Assembly (NCBI GenBank): GCA_018712565.1
Contig: DVGU01000030.1
Span: forward strand, 1 to 56,846
Direction of reading: 5' to 3'
Source: Candidatus Faecimonas gallistercoris
GTDB taxonomy: Bacteria > Bacillota_I > Bacilli_A > RF39 > UBA660
Length of the DNA: 56,846 bases
The notes beneath the pieces are model-generated. The model ran no database searches. It worked only from the letters and a program-made list of their open reading frames with translations, and was not told the DNA's origin. Positions 1 to 8,914 of this stretch are shown one piece after another. The translations under genes were made by a program, and so were the position numbers. Positions within the stretch are counted from its first letter, which is position 1. The number at the start of each line of letters is the position of its first letter.

Positions 1-574
1 CACCACCAAACCATAGATGAATAGATCCATCTTGTTCAATAACTTCTCCAAAAAACTTTGGCTTTTCACCTCTGGGATGAGAATCTTCTAAAGCCATTTC
101 ATGATTAACAATATTCTCTATTGTTTCTTCACTCATGGCTAAATTAATTTTCTTTTCTTCTAATAGTTGTTTCTTTTTAAACTCTCTTTTAGTTTTCTTT
201 CTAGCTTTAGGGGATAATATACCAGCTTTAGTTAATGTTTTGTAGATAAAATCATAGGATACTTTAATTTTTTCTTCTTCCTCTAGATATTCCTTAAAAT
301 GTCTAAAATTAAAGTCTTGATATTTAGTGTTATATAGAAGTATAATATTTTCCGAGAAAGACTTATCTAATGTTTTGGTTGGGCATTTACCGCGATTACC
401 GTGGACAAAACCAGGTTTGCCTTTCTCTTTATAAATAATTATTAGACGATTTACTTGTCTTACTGATATACCGAGTTTTAATGCGACTCGTTTTTTATTT
501 CCTCCATGATCTACTAAATTTTTAATTTCTTCATATTTTCTTTGTTCATTCATTCTTAATTCAACCTTTCTCAT
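1..574 (-). mobile_element. IS transposase, N-terminal part (ISNCY/IS1202-like HTH region), truncated by the window edge
   Basis: Reverse-strand translation from ATG 574 reads MRKVELRMNEQRKYEEIKNLVDHGGNKKRVALKLGISVRQVNRLIIIYKEKGKPGFVHGNRGKCPTK... It stays open to position 1. A GAGGTGA SD lies 5 nt upstream. The N-terminus matches ISNCY-family transposases as I remember them. Confidence 0.6.
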
Positions 575-688
575 TTTCGTCACCTCAAGTGACTTATTAT
601 ATATTAACTTCAGGACATTTTCAAAAGTTAACACTTAAGACATTATCATAAGTTAATCATACATTCCAAAAAGAATATAAGAAAATCC

Positions 689-717
689 TTGAAAAAGATA
701 AAAAAAATTGATATACT
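689..717 (+). promoter_or_regulatory. sigma-A type promoter upstream of rpmE
   Basis: TTGAAA (689-694), 17-nt spacer, TATACT (712-717), preceded by TG (extended -10). Confidence 0.45.
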
Positions 718-774
718 AATAACGCTATTAAATTACTATGATTTTTTTGAAATCATGGCGGAAGGAGAGATAAT

Positions 775-993
775 ATGAAAAAAGGAATACATCCAGAAGT
801 AAAAGACTGTACAGTAACTTGTGCATGTGGAGAAACTTTTACTTGTAAATCAACAAAAGATACTATCAGTGTTGAAGTATGTTCTAAATGTCATCCATTT
901 TATACTGGAAAACAAAGTAGAGCATCACGTGCTGGTCGTGTTGATAAATTTAACAAAAAATATGGATTTGATAAACAAGAAACTGCTGAGTAA
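775..993 (+). CDS. rpmE: 50S ribosomal protein L31 (Zn-ribbon type A)
   Basis: MKKGIHPE...CxC...[10 protein letters not shown] signature, 72 aa, GGAGAG SD. Confidence 0.95.
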   Translation: MKKGIHPEVKDCTVTCACGETFTCKSTKDTISVEVCSKCHPFYTGKQSRASRAGRVDKFNKKYGFDKQETAE

Positions 994-1006
994 TAGCAGT
1001 TTTTTA
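982..1006 (+). terminator. intrinsic terminator of rpmE
   Basis: ACTGCT/AGCAGT stem overlapping the stop codon, followed by a T-run. Confidence 0.6.
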
Positions 1007-1256
1007 ATGGATTTAAATACATATATCCACAATAACTGTGGAAAATACTAATAAAATTAAAAAAATAAAGTAAAATACTTTAATAAAAATAATATTCTAA
1101 ATTTTGCTAATAATAATTTTCTATAACATTATCTAATATTATTCTACCAACTAAGATAAAAACAACTAACTTCATTGATTTACTAATTAGCATGATACAT
1201 GCTATAATAATAACAGAAGATTATAAGAATTAAAAACATAGAAAGAAGGATAATAT

Positions 1257-1700
1257 ATGATAAAGATAGGAATAGCAAGTGATCATAGAGGTTATACTTT
1301 AAAAGAACAAATAATTGATAAAATAGCAAATCAATATGAAATTATAGACTGTGGAACAACATCTATAGAATCTGTAGATTATCCAGACTATGCTTTTAAA
1401 TTAGGAAATCTAGTAGCAGATAAGGATGTTGATTTTGGAATTGCAATCTGTGGAAGTGGAATAGGAATAAGTATAGCCTGTAACAAAGTAAAAGGAATAA
1501 GATGTGCTAAAGTATCAAATGAAAAAGAAGCTCAAGTAACAAGAAATGACAACGATGCCAATATTGTAGCATTTAGTTCAAATACACAACTAGAGGAAGC
1601 ATTAAAAATAATTAATACATTTATTAATACTCCATTCTCTAATGAACCAAGACATCAAAAAAGAATAGATAAGATAAAAGAATATGAGGAACAAGCATGA
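1257..1700 (+). CDS. rpiB: ribose-5-phosphate isomerase B (RpiB/LacAB family)
   Basis: MIKIGIASDHRG...CGSGIGISIACNK motif, 147 aa. Confidence 0.9.
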   Translation: MIKIGIASDHRGYTLKEQIIDKIANQYEIIDCGTTSIESVDYPDYAFKLGNLVADKDVDFGIAICGSGIGISIACNKVKGIRCAKVSNEKEAQVTRNDNDANIVAFSSNTQLEEALKIINTFINTPFSNEPRHQKRIDKIKEYEEQA

Positions 1701-1894
1701 TAGGAAAACTACTCTTATATATTTTTGTTACAATTCTTGTTATATGGGCAATGGATTCAGTAAATATAAATCAAATATTCAAAAAAAATCATATAATGCA
1801 AGCAAGAGTATTTTATTTTCTTTTAGGAATTTCACTAATTTATTTAGTAACTAACTTTTTAATGGATTTATTTACTTCATCAAAAATTTTTTAA
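1697..1894 (+). CDS. small two-TM membrane protein (possibly DUF1146/YwzB-like)
   Basis: ATGA overlap with the rpiB stop implies translational coupling. Two hydrophobic helices. The position matches ywzB in the B. subtilis order as I recall it. Confidence 0.45.
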   Translation: MIGKLLLYIFVTILVIWAMDSVNINQIFKKNHIMQARVFYFLLGISLIYLVTNFLMDLFTSSKIF

Positions 1895-1945
1895 AAGAAG
1901 TATAAATCTTTTTTTTTGGTAAAAACTTATAATGAGGTGAAAAAA

Positions 1946-2590
1946 ATGAAAAGAAGAAAATTAAAACCATACGTACTACCAACTTTCATGATCTTAGCAA
2001 TTACAAGTATAATCTTTGGTACAGCAATGATAAGTAATAGTTTAAAAACAACCAATAATAATGATGAACCTATTAGTTATGTAACAAATTCAATTTTAGA
2101 AGAAGCAGAAGCAGTAATTAATACATCTAAAACAATGATTAATCCATATACAGATACTACAGTAACAATAGGAAAGAACTATTATGACTATAAAGCAGAT
2201 GCCAAGACCCAGGAAAAATCTATTATTTATCATGACAACACATATTTACAAAATTCTGGAACAGATTTTATTAGTGAAAACGTATTTGATGTAATAGCAG
2301 TATTAGATGGTAGCGTAACAGATGTTAAAGAAGATGAAACACTTGGAAAAGTAGTTGAAATTAAACATGATAATGGCTACATCAGTATTTATCAAAGTTT
2401 ATCAGAAGTAACTGTTAAAAAAGGTGATATAATAACACAAGGTCAAGTAATTGGAAAAAGTGGTACAAATGAGTTAGATAAAGATATGGGAAATCATTTA
2501 CATTTTGAATTATATGTAAATGGACAGGTAGTAGATCCAACACTTTATTTAAACAAAGAAGTAAAAACTTCAGAAAATAAGGAAGAGTAA
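1946..2590 (+). CDS. membrane-anchored LytM/M23-domain protein with a degenerate HxxxD motif (SpoIIQ-like architecture)
   Basis: ATG 1946 follows a GAGGTGA SD; the track start at 1916 is a TTG. N-terminal TM helix. C-terminal HLHFELYVNGQVVDP. The expected HxGxD reads NSGTDF (His replaced by Asn). Confidence 0.6.
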   Translation: MKRRKLKPYVLPTFMILAITSIIFGTAMISNSLKTTNNNDEPISYVTNSILEEAEAVINTSKTMINPYTDTTVTIGKNYYDYKADAKTQEKSIIYHDNTYLQNSGTDFISENVFDVIAVLDGSVTDVKEDETLGKVVEIKHDNGYISIYQSLSEVTVKKGDIITQGQVIGKSGTNELDKDMGNHLHFELYVNGQVVDPTLYLNKEVKTSENKEE

Positions 2591-2690
2591 TATACTCTTT
2601 TTTTCATAAACAGAAAAAATATTCATATATTCTATTATAAAATTGAATTTTTATGATAAAATATTAATGACAGAAAAGGAAGTGACAAAT

Positions 2691-3686
2691 ATGTGGGCTA
2701 AAGATATTGGAATTGATTTAGGAACAGCAAATGTTTTAATTTATATAAAAGGTCAAGGAATTGTATTAAATGAACCTAGTATTGTCGCAATAGATACAGA
2801 TTCCAAAAGTGTAATTGCTGTAGGAAAAGAAGCAAACGATATGTTAGGTAGAACTCCTGGTAAAGTAAAGGCAATTAGACCTATGAAAGATGGAGTAATA
2901 GCAGATTTTGAAATTACAGAAATTATGTTAAATTCCTTTATAAAGAAAATAAAAGCGAAAAAGTTATTTTCAAGACCTAGAATTTTAATTTGTTGTCCTA
3001 CAAACATAACGCCAGTAGAAAAAAATGCAATAAAAGAAGCAGCAGAGAGAACTGGAGCAAGAAAAGTGTATATTGAAGAAGAACCAAAAGTAGCTGCAAT
3101 AGGAGCTGGAATGGATATTTCAAAGCCAACCGCGAATATGGTAATAGATATTGGTGGAGGAACGACAGATATTGCAATTCTTTCTTTAAATGATATTGTA
3201 TCATCTACATCAGTACGTATTGCTGGTAATGTATTTGATCAAGATATTATAAAATATATAAAAGAAAAATATAAATTATTAATAGGAGAAAGAACTGCTG
3301 AAGAAATTAAAATAAATTTTTCTAATATATTTGATCCAAATAAAAAAGAAAAGCTAGAAGTAAGAGGAAGAAATTTAATAACAGGACTACCACATACAAT
3401 AGAAATTACACAAGATGAAACCAAGGAGGCTTTAGAAGAAAGTATACAAAAAATAATAAAAGCAACGACAAACGTTTTAGAGCAAACTCCTCCAGAACTA
3501 TCTGGTGATATTGTGGAAAAAGGTATTATTTTAACAGGAGGAGGAGCGATGTTAAGAGGCCTTCCTGAACTTTTGGAAAAAGATTTGCAAGTCCCAATAT
3601 TAATTGCCGAATCTCCTCTAACCTGTGTAGCAGAGGGAACCGGTACTCTCTTAGATAATATTGCATTATTAGAAGAAGACCAATAA
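2691..3686 (+). CDS. mreB: rod-shape-determining actin homologue, MreB/Mbl family
   Basis: DIGIDLGTANV... and DIGGGTTDIA actin-fold motifs. ATG 2691 is preferred because it follows an AAGGAAG SD. Confidence 0.9.
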   Translation: MWAKDIGIDLGTANVLIYIKGQGIVLNEPSIVAIDTDSKSVIAVGKEANDMLGRTPGKVKAIRPMKDGVIADFEITEIMLNSFIKKIKAKKLFSRPRILICCPTNITPVEKNAIKEAAERTGARKVYIEEEPKVAAIGAGMDISKPTANMVIDIGGGTTDIAILSLNDIVSSTSVRIAGNVFDQDIIKYIKEKYKLLIGERTAEEIKINFSNIFDPNKKEKLEVRGRNLITGLPHTIEITQDETKEALEESIQKIIKATTNVLEQTPPELSGDIVEKGIILTGGGAMLRGLPELLEKDLQVPILIAESPLTCVAEGTGTLLDNIALLEEDQ

Positions 3687-3749
3687 AATTGGTTTTTTTC
3701 TTTTCTATTAAAAATAATTTTGATATAATTTTAATAGGAAGTGACAATA

Positions 3750-4874
3750 ATGAAAGAACAAATTCTAGATGCTAGCAAAATAGTGTTAATTACTTTTTTA
3801 TTTACAGCAGCAATTATTCCACTAATAAAAAGAATAGCTATACACGTAGATGCAATCGATGTTCCACGGGCTGATGAAGGCCATAGGCATATTCATAAAA
3901 AAGCAACCCCTATGTTAGGTGGCGTAGGTATCTTTTTAGGTTTTTTATTTGGTTATATGTTGTTTGGAGAACAAAGTATCAGGATGAATTCAATTTTAAT
4001 AGGAAGTTTCATTATTATATTGACTGGAATTATAGATGACATAAAACCAATAAGGGCATATCAAAAACTAATTGGTCATATAGTGGCTGCCTGTATTATC
4101 GTATTTTATGGACGGATAACACTAGATAATATTTCAGCATTTGGATTTTCTTTAGACTTTGGAATCTTTGCTCCATGGATTACAATTTTATTTATTGTAG
4201 CATGTACTAATATTATAAATTTAATAGATGGAGCCGATGGATTAAGTGGTGGAGTAGCTTCTATCTTTTACCTAACAATAGGAATTATAGGTTTTTATCA
4301 AGGAAGAGGCGGTAGCCTAGTTATGGTATTAACATTTATTATGCTTGGTTCAACACTAGGATTCTTACTACATAACTTTTATCCTGCTAAAATATTTGCT
4401 GGAGATTGCGCTACATTTATGGGATTTATTATTTCAATTATTACATTATTGGAATTTAAAGGTCCAGCATTAACATCGTTCTTTGTACCAATAATGATAC
4501 TTGGTATACCAATTCTAGATACTCTATTTGCTATTATTAGAAGATTATTAAAAGGAAAACCCCCTTTTCAAGCAGATAAACAGCATCTACACCATCAATT
4601 ATTAGGAATGAATTTTTCACAAAGGACAACGGTGTTAATTATATATGGTATAAATCTACTATTTGCAGCAGCATCTATTCTTTATACAATCAAAGATCCA
4701 GTTTTAGGAAAGATAGTATATATTATAATATTTATTATTGTATTGTGGTTTGTACTACATACTACAATTATTTCTGATAAAACTCCAACTAGAACAAAAA
4801 AGATAGAAGAGAAATTTTCGTTTTTCAGAAAAAAATCACCTAAAACTAAAAAAAGAGAAAAGCCTGCTAGATAA
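3750..4874 (+). CDS. tagO: undecaprenyl-phosphate GlcNAc-1-phosphate transferase (MraY/WecA/TagO family, GT4)
   Basis: Polytopic membrane protein with the NLIDGADGL motif. ATG 3750 follows an AGGAAG SD. Confidence 0.75.
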   Translation: MKEQILDASKIVLITFLFTAAIIPLIKRIAIHVDAIDVPRADEGHRHIHKKATPMLGGVGIFLGFLFGYMLFGEQSIRMNSILIGSFIIILTGIIDDIKPIRAYQKLIGHIVAACIIVFYGRITLDNISAFGFSLDFGIFAPWITILFIVACTNIINLIDGADGLSGGVASIFYLTIGIIGFYQGRGGSLVMVLTFIMLGSTLGFLLHNFYPAKIFAGDCATFMGFIISIITLLEFKGPALTSFFVPIMILGIPILDTLFAIIRRLLKGKPPFQADKQHLHHQLLGMNFSQRTTVLIIYGINLLFAAASILYTIKDPVLGKIVYIIIFIIVLWFVLHTTIISDKTPTRTKKIEEKFSFFRKKSPKTKKREKPAR

Positions 4875-4886
4875 TAGCAGTTTTTA
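4864..4886 (+). terminator. intrinsic terminator of tagO
   Basis: CTGCTA/TAGCAG stem overlapping the stop codon, followed by a T-run. Confidence 0.5.
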
Positions 4887-4930
4887 TTTAATAAATAACT
4901 GGAAAAATATGGAAACCAAAGGAGTGCAAT

Positions 4931-5662
4931 ATGATTAATTTTATAATTTGTGAAGATGAACCAGAATTATTAAAAGAGTACCAAAAACAAATAGATAAAT
5001 TTATGATGAAATATGATATTGATTATAAATGTTATATTTTCAATTGCTATAGTAAAGACTGGAAGAAAGCAGCAAAAAATATTAAAGGTTTTAAAATATT
5101 TTTACTAGATATAAAAACAGATGATGGATCTGGTATAGACGCAGCTAGATTAATAAGAGAAGAATATGATGACTGGGTCTCAATGATTATTATGATATCA
5201 GGATTCCCAGAATATAAATATGAAGCATTAGGTAAAAGATTAATGCTAGTAGACTTTATTAATAAATTAGATCATCCTACCAAGAAATTACAAGATTCCC
5301 TATTAATTTGTATGAAAAACTATGATAACAAATATAAAAGTTTAAAATATACATATAAAAATGTAGCATACAATATTGAGTTTAGAAATATTATCAAAAT
5401 AGAAAAAGAAATGGATAGTAAAAGATGTATTATTTATGCAGATGATACCCTATATCATATTCAAGGTTCACTAAATGATATTTTAAAAAGACTAGATAAA
5501 AGATTCTTTAAATGTAATCGAGGAGTAGCAATTAATATAGAACAAATACAAAGTTATAACTTTACTAAAAATGTAGTAGTCCTAAAAAATGGTGAAGAAT
5601 TCAAAGACATATCAAGAAGTAAAAGAAGGGAGTTGTATAATCGTGTTAGAGGTGTTGTCTGA
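4931..5662 (+). CDS. LytTR-family response regulator (AgrA-like)
   Basis: N-terminal receiver domain (FLLDIKTDDGSG) and a C-terminal LytTR-like region (FFKCNRGVAINIEQI). Adjacent to an AgrC-like kinase and to agrBD. Confidence 0.8.
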   Translation: MINFIICEDEPELLKEYQKQIDKFMMKYDIDYKCYIFNCYSKDWKKAAKNIKGFKIFLLDIKTDDGSGIDAARLIREEYDDWVSMIIMISGFPEYKYEALGKRLMLVDFINKLDHPTKKLQDSLLICMKNYDNKYKSLKYTYKNVAYNIEFRNIIKIEKEMDSKRCIIYADDTLYHIQGSLNDILKRLDKRFFKCNRGVAINIEQIQSYNFTKNVVVLKNGEEFKDISRSKRRELYNRVRGVV

Positions 5663-6932
5663 AATAATAGGATTGACAATAATGACAATAGCTGGATTTT
5701 ATATAATAAAAAAGATAATAGAAAGCAATCAAAAAATAACAAGTGCTAAAAATATATCTATAGTGGCACTTGGAGTTGTGATACCATTAATGATTTATCA
5801 AGTAGAATATAAAAGTATATACACACTAATAACCTACCTAACTAATATAATAATATATAAGCTTATTTTTAAAGAAAATATAGGAAAATCTATTATTCTT
5901 ACAAGTATAGCAATGATAATAACATTTATAGCAGATTTACTATTTTCAATTATAATAATACCTTTCTTTGATGTGAAAGATATAAGGGGGATATGGTATC
6001 TTAAAATAATTTCAAATATAGCTATTTTGATAATAAGTATTGTGCTATTAAAAATATTAGAAAAAATGAAAATTTTAAAGAAAATAAATAAAATGACTAA
6101 TACTATGGAAAATACATCTCTTATATTATTTTTAATTCTTTTAATAGTTGTAATTACAATTTTTGCTTATAATTCGTATACAATATTTAAATGGAATGAA
6201 GAGTATATTTTAAATATTATCTTAATAATAGTATTCTTACTATTATTATATATTTTTCTAAGAGAAAAAACGAATTATGAAAAATTAAGTGGAGAGTATG
6301 ACATGTTATTTTCATATGTTCAAAATTTCGAAGACTGGATAGAAAGAGAACAGTTAAATCGCCATGAATATAAAAATCAATTAGCTGTATTGCGCTGTTT
6401 AACAAAAGAAAAGAAAGTAAAAAATAAGATTGATGAAATTTTAGAGGATAATATTAATATTGAAGGACAAGCTGTAACAAATTTAAAAAGTCTTCCAAAA
6501 GGCGGAATTAAAGGGTTAATGTATTATAAAGCTGCAATTGCTCAAAAGTACAAAATAAATCTCACAACAGATGTAAGTATTGAAAGTAGTGGAATATTAA
6601 CAAAGTTATCAGAGAGGGATATTCGAGTATTGTGTAAACTAATAGGAATATATTTTGATAATGCCATTGAGGCTGCTCAAGAAAGTCGAAAGAAAAATAT
6701 ATCAATTGAAATATATGAATTAAAAGATAAAGTAAGTTTTGTATTTTCTAATACATTTAAAAAATATAAAAATATGAAAGATAGAAATAAAAAAGGTGTA
6801 TCTTCAAAAGGAGAAGGTCGAGGAAATGGACTATACTTTGCAGCAAAATTAATCAAAGAAAACCCGTGGATAACAGAAAAGCAGGAAATAATTGATAATT
6901 ATTATATACAACAAATAATCATAAAAAAATAA
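5643..6932 (+). CDS. AgrC-like sensor histidine kinase (polytopic sensor plus GHKL ATPase)
   Basis: About 6 TM helices, H-box RHEYKNQLAVL, G-box GEGRGNGLY. The start is uncertain: GTG 5643, or ATG 5682. The track start at 5589 lies inside the regulator gene. Confidence 0.75.
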   Translation: MLEVLSEIIGLTIMTIAGFYIIKKIIESNQKITSAKNISIVALGVVIPLMIYQVEYKSIYTLITYLTNIIIYKLIFKENIGKSIILTSIAMIITFIADLLFSIIIIPFFDVKDIRGIWYLKIISNIAILIISIVLLKILEKMKILKKINKMTNTMENTSLILFLILLIVVITIFAYNSYTIFKWNEEYILNIILIIVFLLLLYIFLREKTNYEKLSGEYDMLFSYVQNFEDWIEREQLNRHEYKNQLAVLRCLTKEKKVKNKIDEILEDNINIEGQAVTNLKSLPKGGIKGLMYYKAAIAQKYKINLTTDVSIESSGILTKLSERDIRVLCKLIGIYFDNAIEAAQESRKKNISIEIYELKDKVSFVFSNTFKKYKNMKDRNKKGVSSKGEGRGNGLYFAAKLIKENPWITEKQEIIDNYYIQQIIIKK

Positions 6933-6952
6933 AAGGTTTTCATAACAAAAAA

Positions 6953-7004
6953 AGAATAACTTAATATTATGCTATATAAAAATAGCTAATAAACAAGTTA
7001 TTCT
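6953..7004. terminator. bidirectional terminator between the convergent agrC-like and agrD-like genes
   Basis: Perfect 10-nt inverted repeat AGAATAACTT / AAGTTATTCT, with an inner GCTAT/ATAGC stem. Confidence 0.55.
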
Positions 7005-7027
7005 GTTCATATGTGTTATTTAATTGC

Positions 7028-7153
7028 TTAGTCTATTAAAAAATCGCTGTTACATTGAGGTTCGTCACAAACCCACCACATACACCCAAAACTTGCCGCT
7101 CCAGTTGCCATCATCGCAACTGCTCCCAAAATCATTGACAATCTTTTTTTCAT
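7028..7153 (-). CDS. agrD: AgrD-like autoinducing-peptide precursor (41 aa), not in the ORF track
   Basis: MKKRLSMILGAVAMMATGAASFGCMWWVCDEPQCNSDFLID. AAGGAGAG SD. Starts 34 nt downstream of agrB. The C-x4-x-E-P pattern is typical of clostridial/listerial AgrD. Confidence 0.7.
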   Translation of the reverse strand: MKKRLSMILGAVAMMATGAASFGCMWWVCDEPQCNSDFLID

Positions 7154-7187
7154 ATTCTCTCTCCTTTACTTAAATTTATATTAAATA

Positions 7188-7802
7188 CTATTTTGTATTT
7201 AACATCTTATAATTATTATAAGGTTCTCCAAACAATTTATAAGTAAGTGGACTAACAACAATAGTTTGTATAATCATTGCAGAAAGTATAATTGAAGTCC
7301 AATAATTACTATTTAATAAAATAATAGCTAATGTATAAATACAACCAATCAAAACAGTAACTATTTTACGAATAATTCTCTTTCTTTTATTAGGAAGAGG
7401 TCTTTTTTTAGTATCTGCAGGTGCAAACAATAAATAATGACTAACACAAATACTACTGATGATATATATAACTGAAATAGAAATATTTATATTTAATAAA
7501 AAGTAAGGTATAACAATAAAACTAAAAGTTGAAAATAACAAACACTGATAACTTTTACCAGCATGAAAACCAAAACCGGTATACCGAATAACATTAAATA
7601 ATAAAATAACTAAAACAAACTCCTTTACTATATCTAAAATTATTGCTAGAAATAATAACACAACTAATTTAGTAACAGTTAGATATATCCCTTCTAACCC
7701 ATATCTTAACTTTTTTATATCATTCTCAGAAAAAGCTTGATATTTACAAATAAAATTGATACCATAATCTAAAACCAATTGTTTCACAATATTCATCTCC
7801 AA
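7188..7802 (-). CDS. agrB: AgrB family accessory gene regulator (membrane peptidase that processes AgrD)
   Basis: Polytopic protein with RYTGFGFHAGKSYQC (conserved His/Cys pair) and APADTKKRP. The exact start is uncertain (TTG 7802, ATG 7796 or GTG 7787). Confidence 0.8.
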   Translation of the reverse strand: MEMNIVKQLVLDYGINFICKYQAFSENDIKKLRYGLEGIYLTVTKLVVLLFLAIILDIVKEFVLVILLFNVIRYTGFGFHAGKSYQCLLFSTFSFIVIPYFLLNINISISVIYIISSICVSHYLLFAPADTKKRPLPNKRKRIIRKIVTVLIGCIYTLAIILLNSNYWTSIILSAMIIQTIVVSPLTYKLFGEPYNNYKMLNTK

Positions 7803-7881
7803 CTATTTTATATAACAATTATAGACCCAAAAAAAACGTGTACATAAAAAAAGCATCAAAAAAAATATATAAAGTTAAATT

Positions 7882-7898
7882 TGTCGAATTTTGTCGAA
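7882..7898. promoter_or_regulatory. two tandem perfect Spo0A boxes (TGTCGAA), 10 bp centre to centre
   Basis: TTTGTCGAATTTTGTCGAAAA lies in the agrB/csp divergent intergenic region. Matches the B. subtilis 0A-box consensus TGNCGAA. Confidence 0.5.
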
Positions 7899-8027
7899 AA
7901 AGGTCCTATTTGCACCGAACAGGGACTGGTTATAGATAATTAAAGGAATTTATGTAAAAATGGATAATATTCTTGATACTATAAACTCACCAAGGAAATG
8001 TTGTTGGTAGAAATGAGGTGTATATGC

Positions 8028-8249
8028 ATGATGGTTGGACGCGTAAAGTGGTTCAATAATGATAAGGGTTATGGCTTTATCGAATACAAAGAAAATGAAG
8101 ATGTTTTTGTACATTATTCAGCAATTCAGATAGATGGCTATAAGACATTATCTGAAGGTCAACTAGTGGAATTTAAGTTGGTAGAAACAAGCAAAGGTTA
8201 CCAAGCTTTAAATGTGAAATTAGTTAAAGAAACTGCTACTGCTAAATAG
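8028..8249 (+). CDS. cold-shock protein (CspA family, S1-like OB fold)
   Basis: [15 protein letters not shown] and [11 protein letters not shown] motifs. ATG 8028 lies 7 nt after a GAGGTG SD. Confidence 0.9.
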   Translation: MMVGRVKWFNNDKGYGFIEYKENEDVFVHYSAIQIDGYKTLSEGQLVEFKLVETSKGYQALNVKLVKETATAK

Positions 8250-8300
8250 TAGTTTTTTTTTATAAATTGTGCTATACTACAAGTATAAGGAGGTGATAGT

Positions 8301-8831
8301 ATGGAAATTATTATTCATGGAGATAAACTAAAAGTTACTGATTCTATGAAAGAGTACATTAAGGAAAAATTAAACAAGTTAAATAAGTATTTAGAAAATA
8401 GTGATAATGTTCGTGCTTCTGTCATAGTTAAAGTAAAAAATCATGAACAACGAGTAGAAATTACCATACCACTAAAAGCATATATTTTAAGATCAGAAGA
8501 GTCAAAAGATGACTTCTATGCAGCTGTTGATAAAACAGTTGACAAATTAGAAAGACAAATCAGAAAAAACAAAACAAGAATTATGTCTAAGCAAGGAAAG
8601 ACAAATCGTGATTTTGTTATATCTGAATTTGAAAAAGAAGATTTATCCGATGAAAGAAAGATTTTAAAAAGAAAGAAAGTTGAAGTAAAACCAATGAACG
8701 AAGAAGAGGCAATACTTCAAATGGAGCTATTAGGTCACCAATTCTATATGTATAAAGATAGAGATACAAGCGAAATGATGGTTGTGTATAAAAGAACAGA
8801 TGGTAATTATGGAATTATCGAACCTGAATAG
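8301..8831 (+). CDS. hpf: ribosome hibernation-promoting factor (long HPF/YvyD)
   Basis: 176 aa, sigma-54-modulation/S30EA fold plus a C-terminal dimerisation domain. Immediately upstream of secA, as in B. subtilis. Confidence 0.9.
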   Translation: MEIIIHGDKLKVTDSMKEYIKEKLNKLNKYLENSDNVRASVIVKVKNHEQRVEITIPLKAYILRSEESKDDFYAAVDKTVDKLERQIRKNKTRIMSKQGKTNRDFVISEFEKEDLSDERKILKRKKVEVKPMNEEEAILQMELLGHQFYMYKDRDTSEMMVVYKRTDGNYGIIEPE

Positions 8832-8848
8832 TAACTCTATTTTATGAA

Positions 8849-8884
8849 AAGGAAGAATACATCTTTCATTCTTTCTTTTTTTTT
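8849..8884 (+). terminator. intrinsic terminator after hpf
   Basis: AAGGAAGAAT / ATTCTTTCTT imperfect stem, followed by a long T-run. Confidence 0.5.
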
Positions 8885-8914
8885 GGTAAAATAATAAGTT
8901 AAGGAGATGTTAGA

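Noticed and set aside
821-1051. 76-aa ORF overlapping rpmE in another frame
   Set aside because: It lies entirely within and behind the well-supported L31 gene. It has no SD and a low-complexity composition, typical of an AT-rich off-frame ORF.
7803-7900. AgrA/LytTR direct-repeat binding sites in the agrB promoter
   Set aside because: There is only one AAAGTTAAAT element resembling the S. aureus ACAGTTAAG box, with no second repeat at the expected ~21-bp phasing. That is not enough to call.
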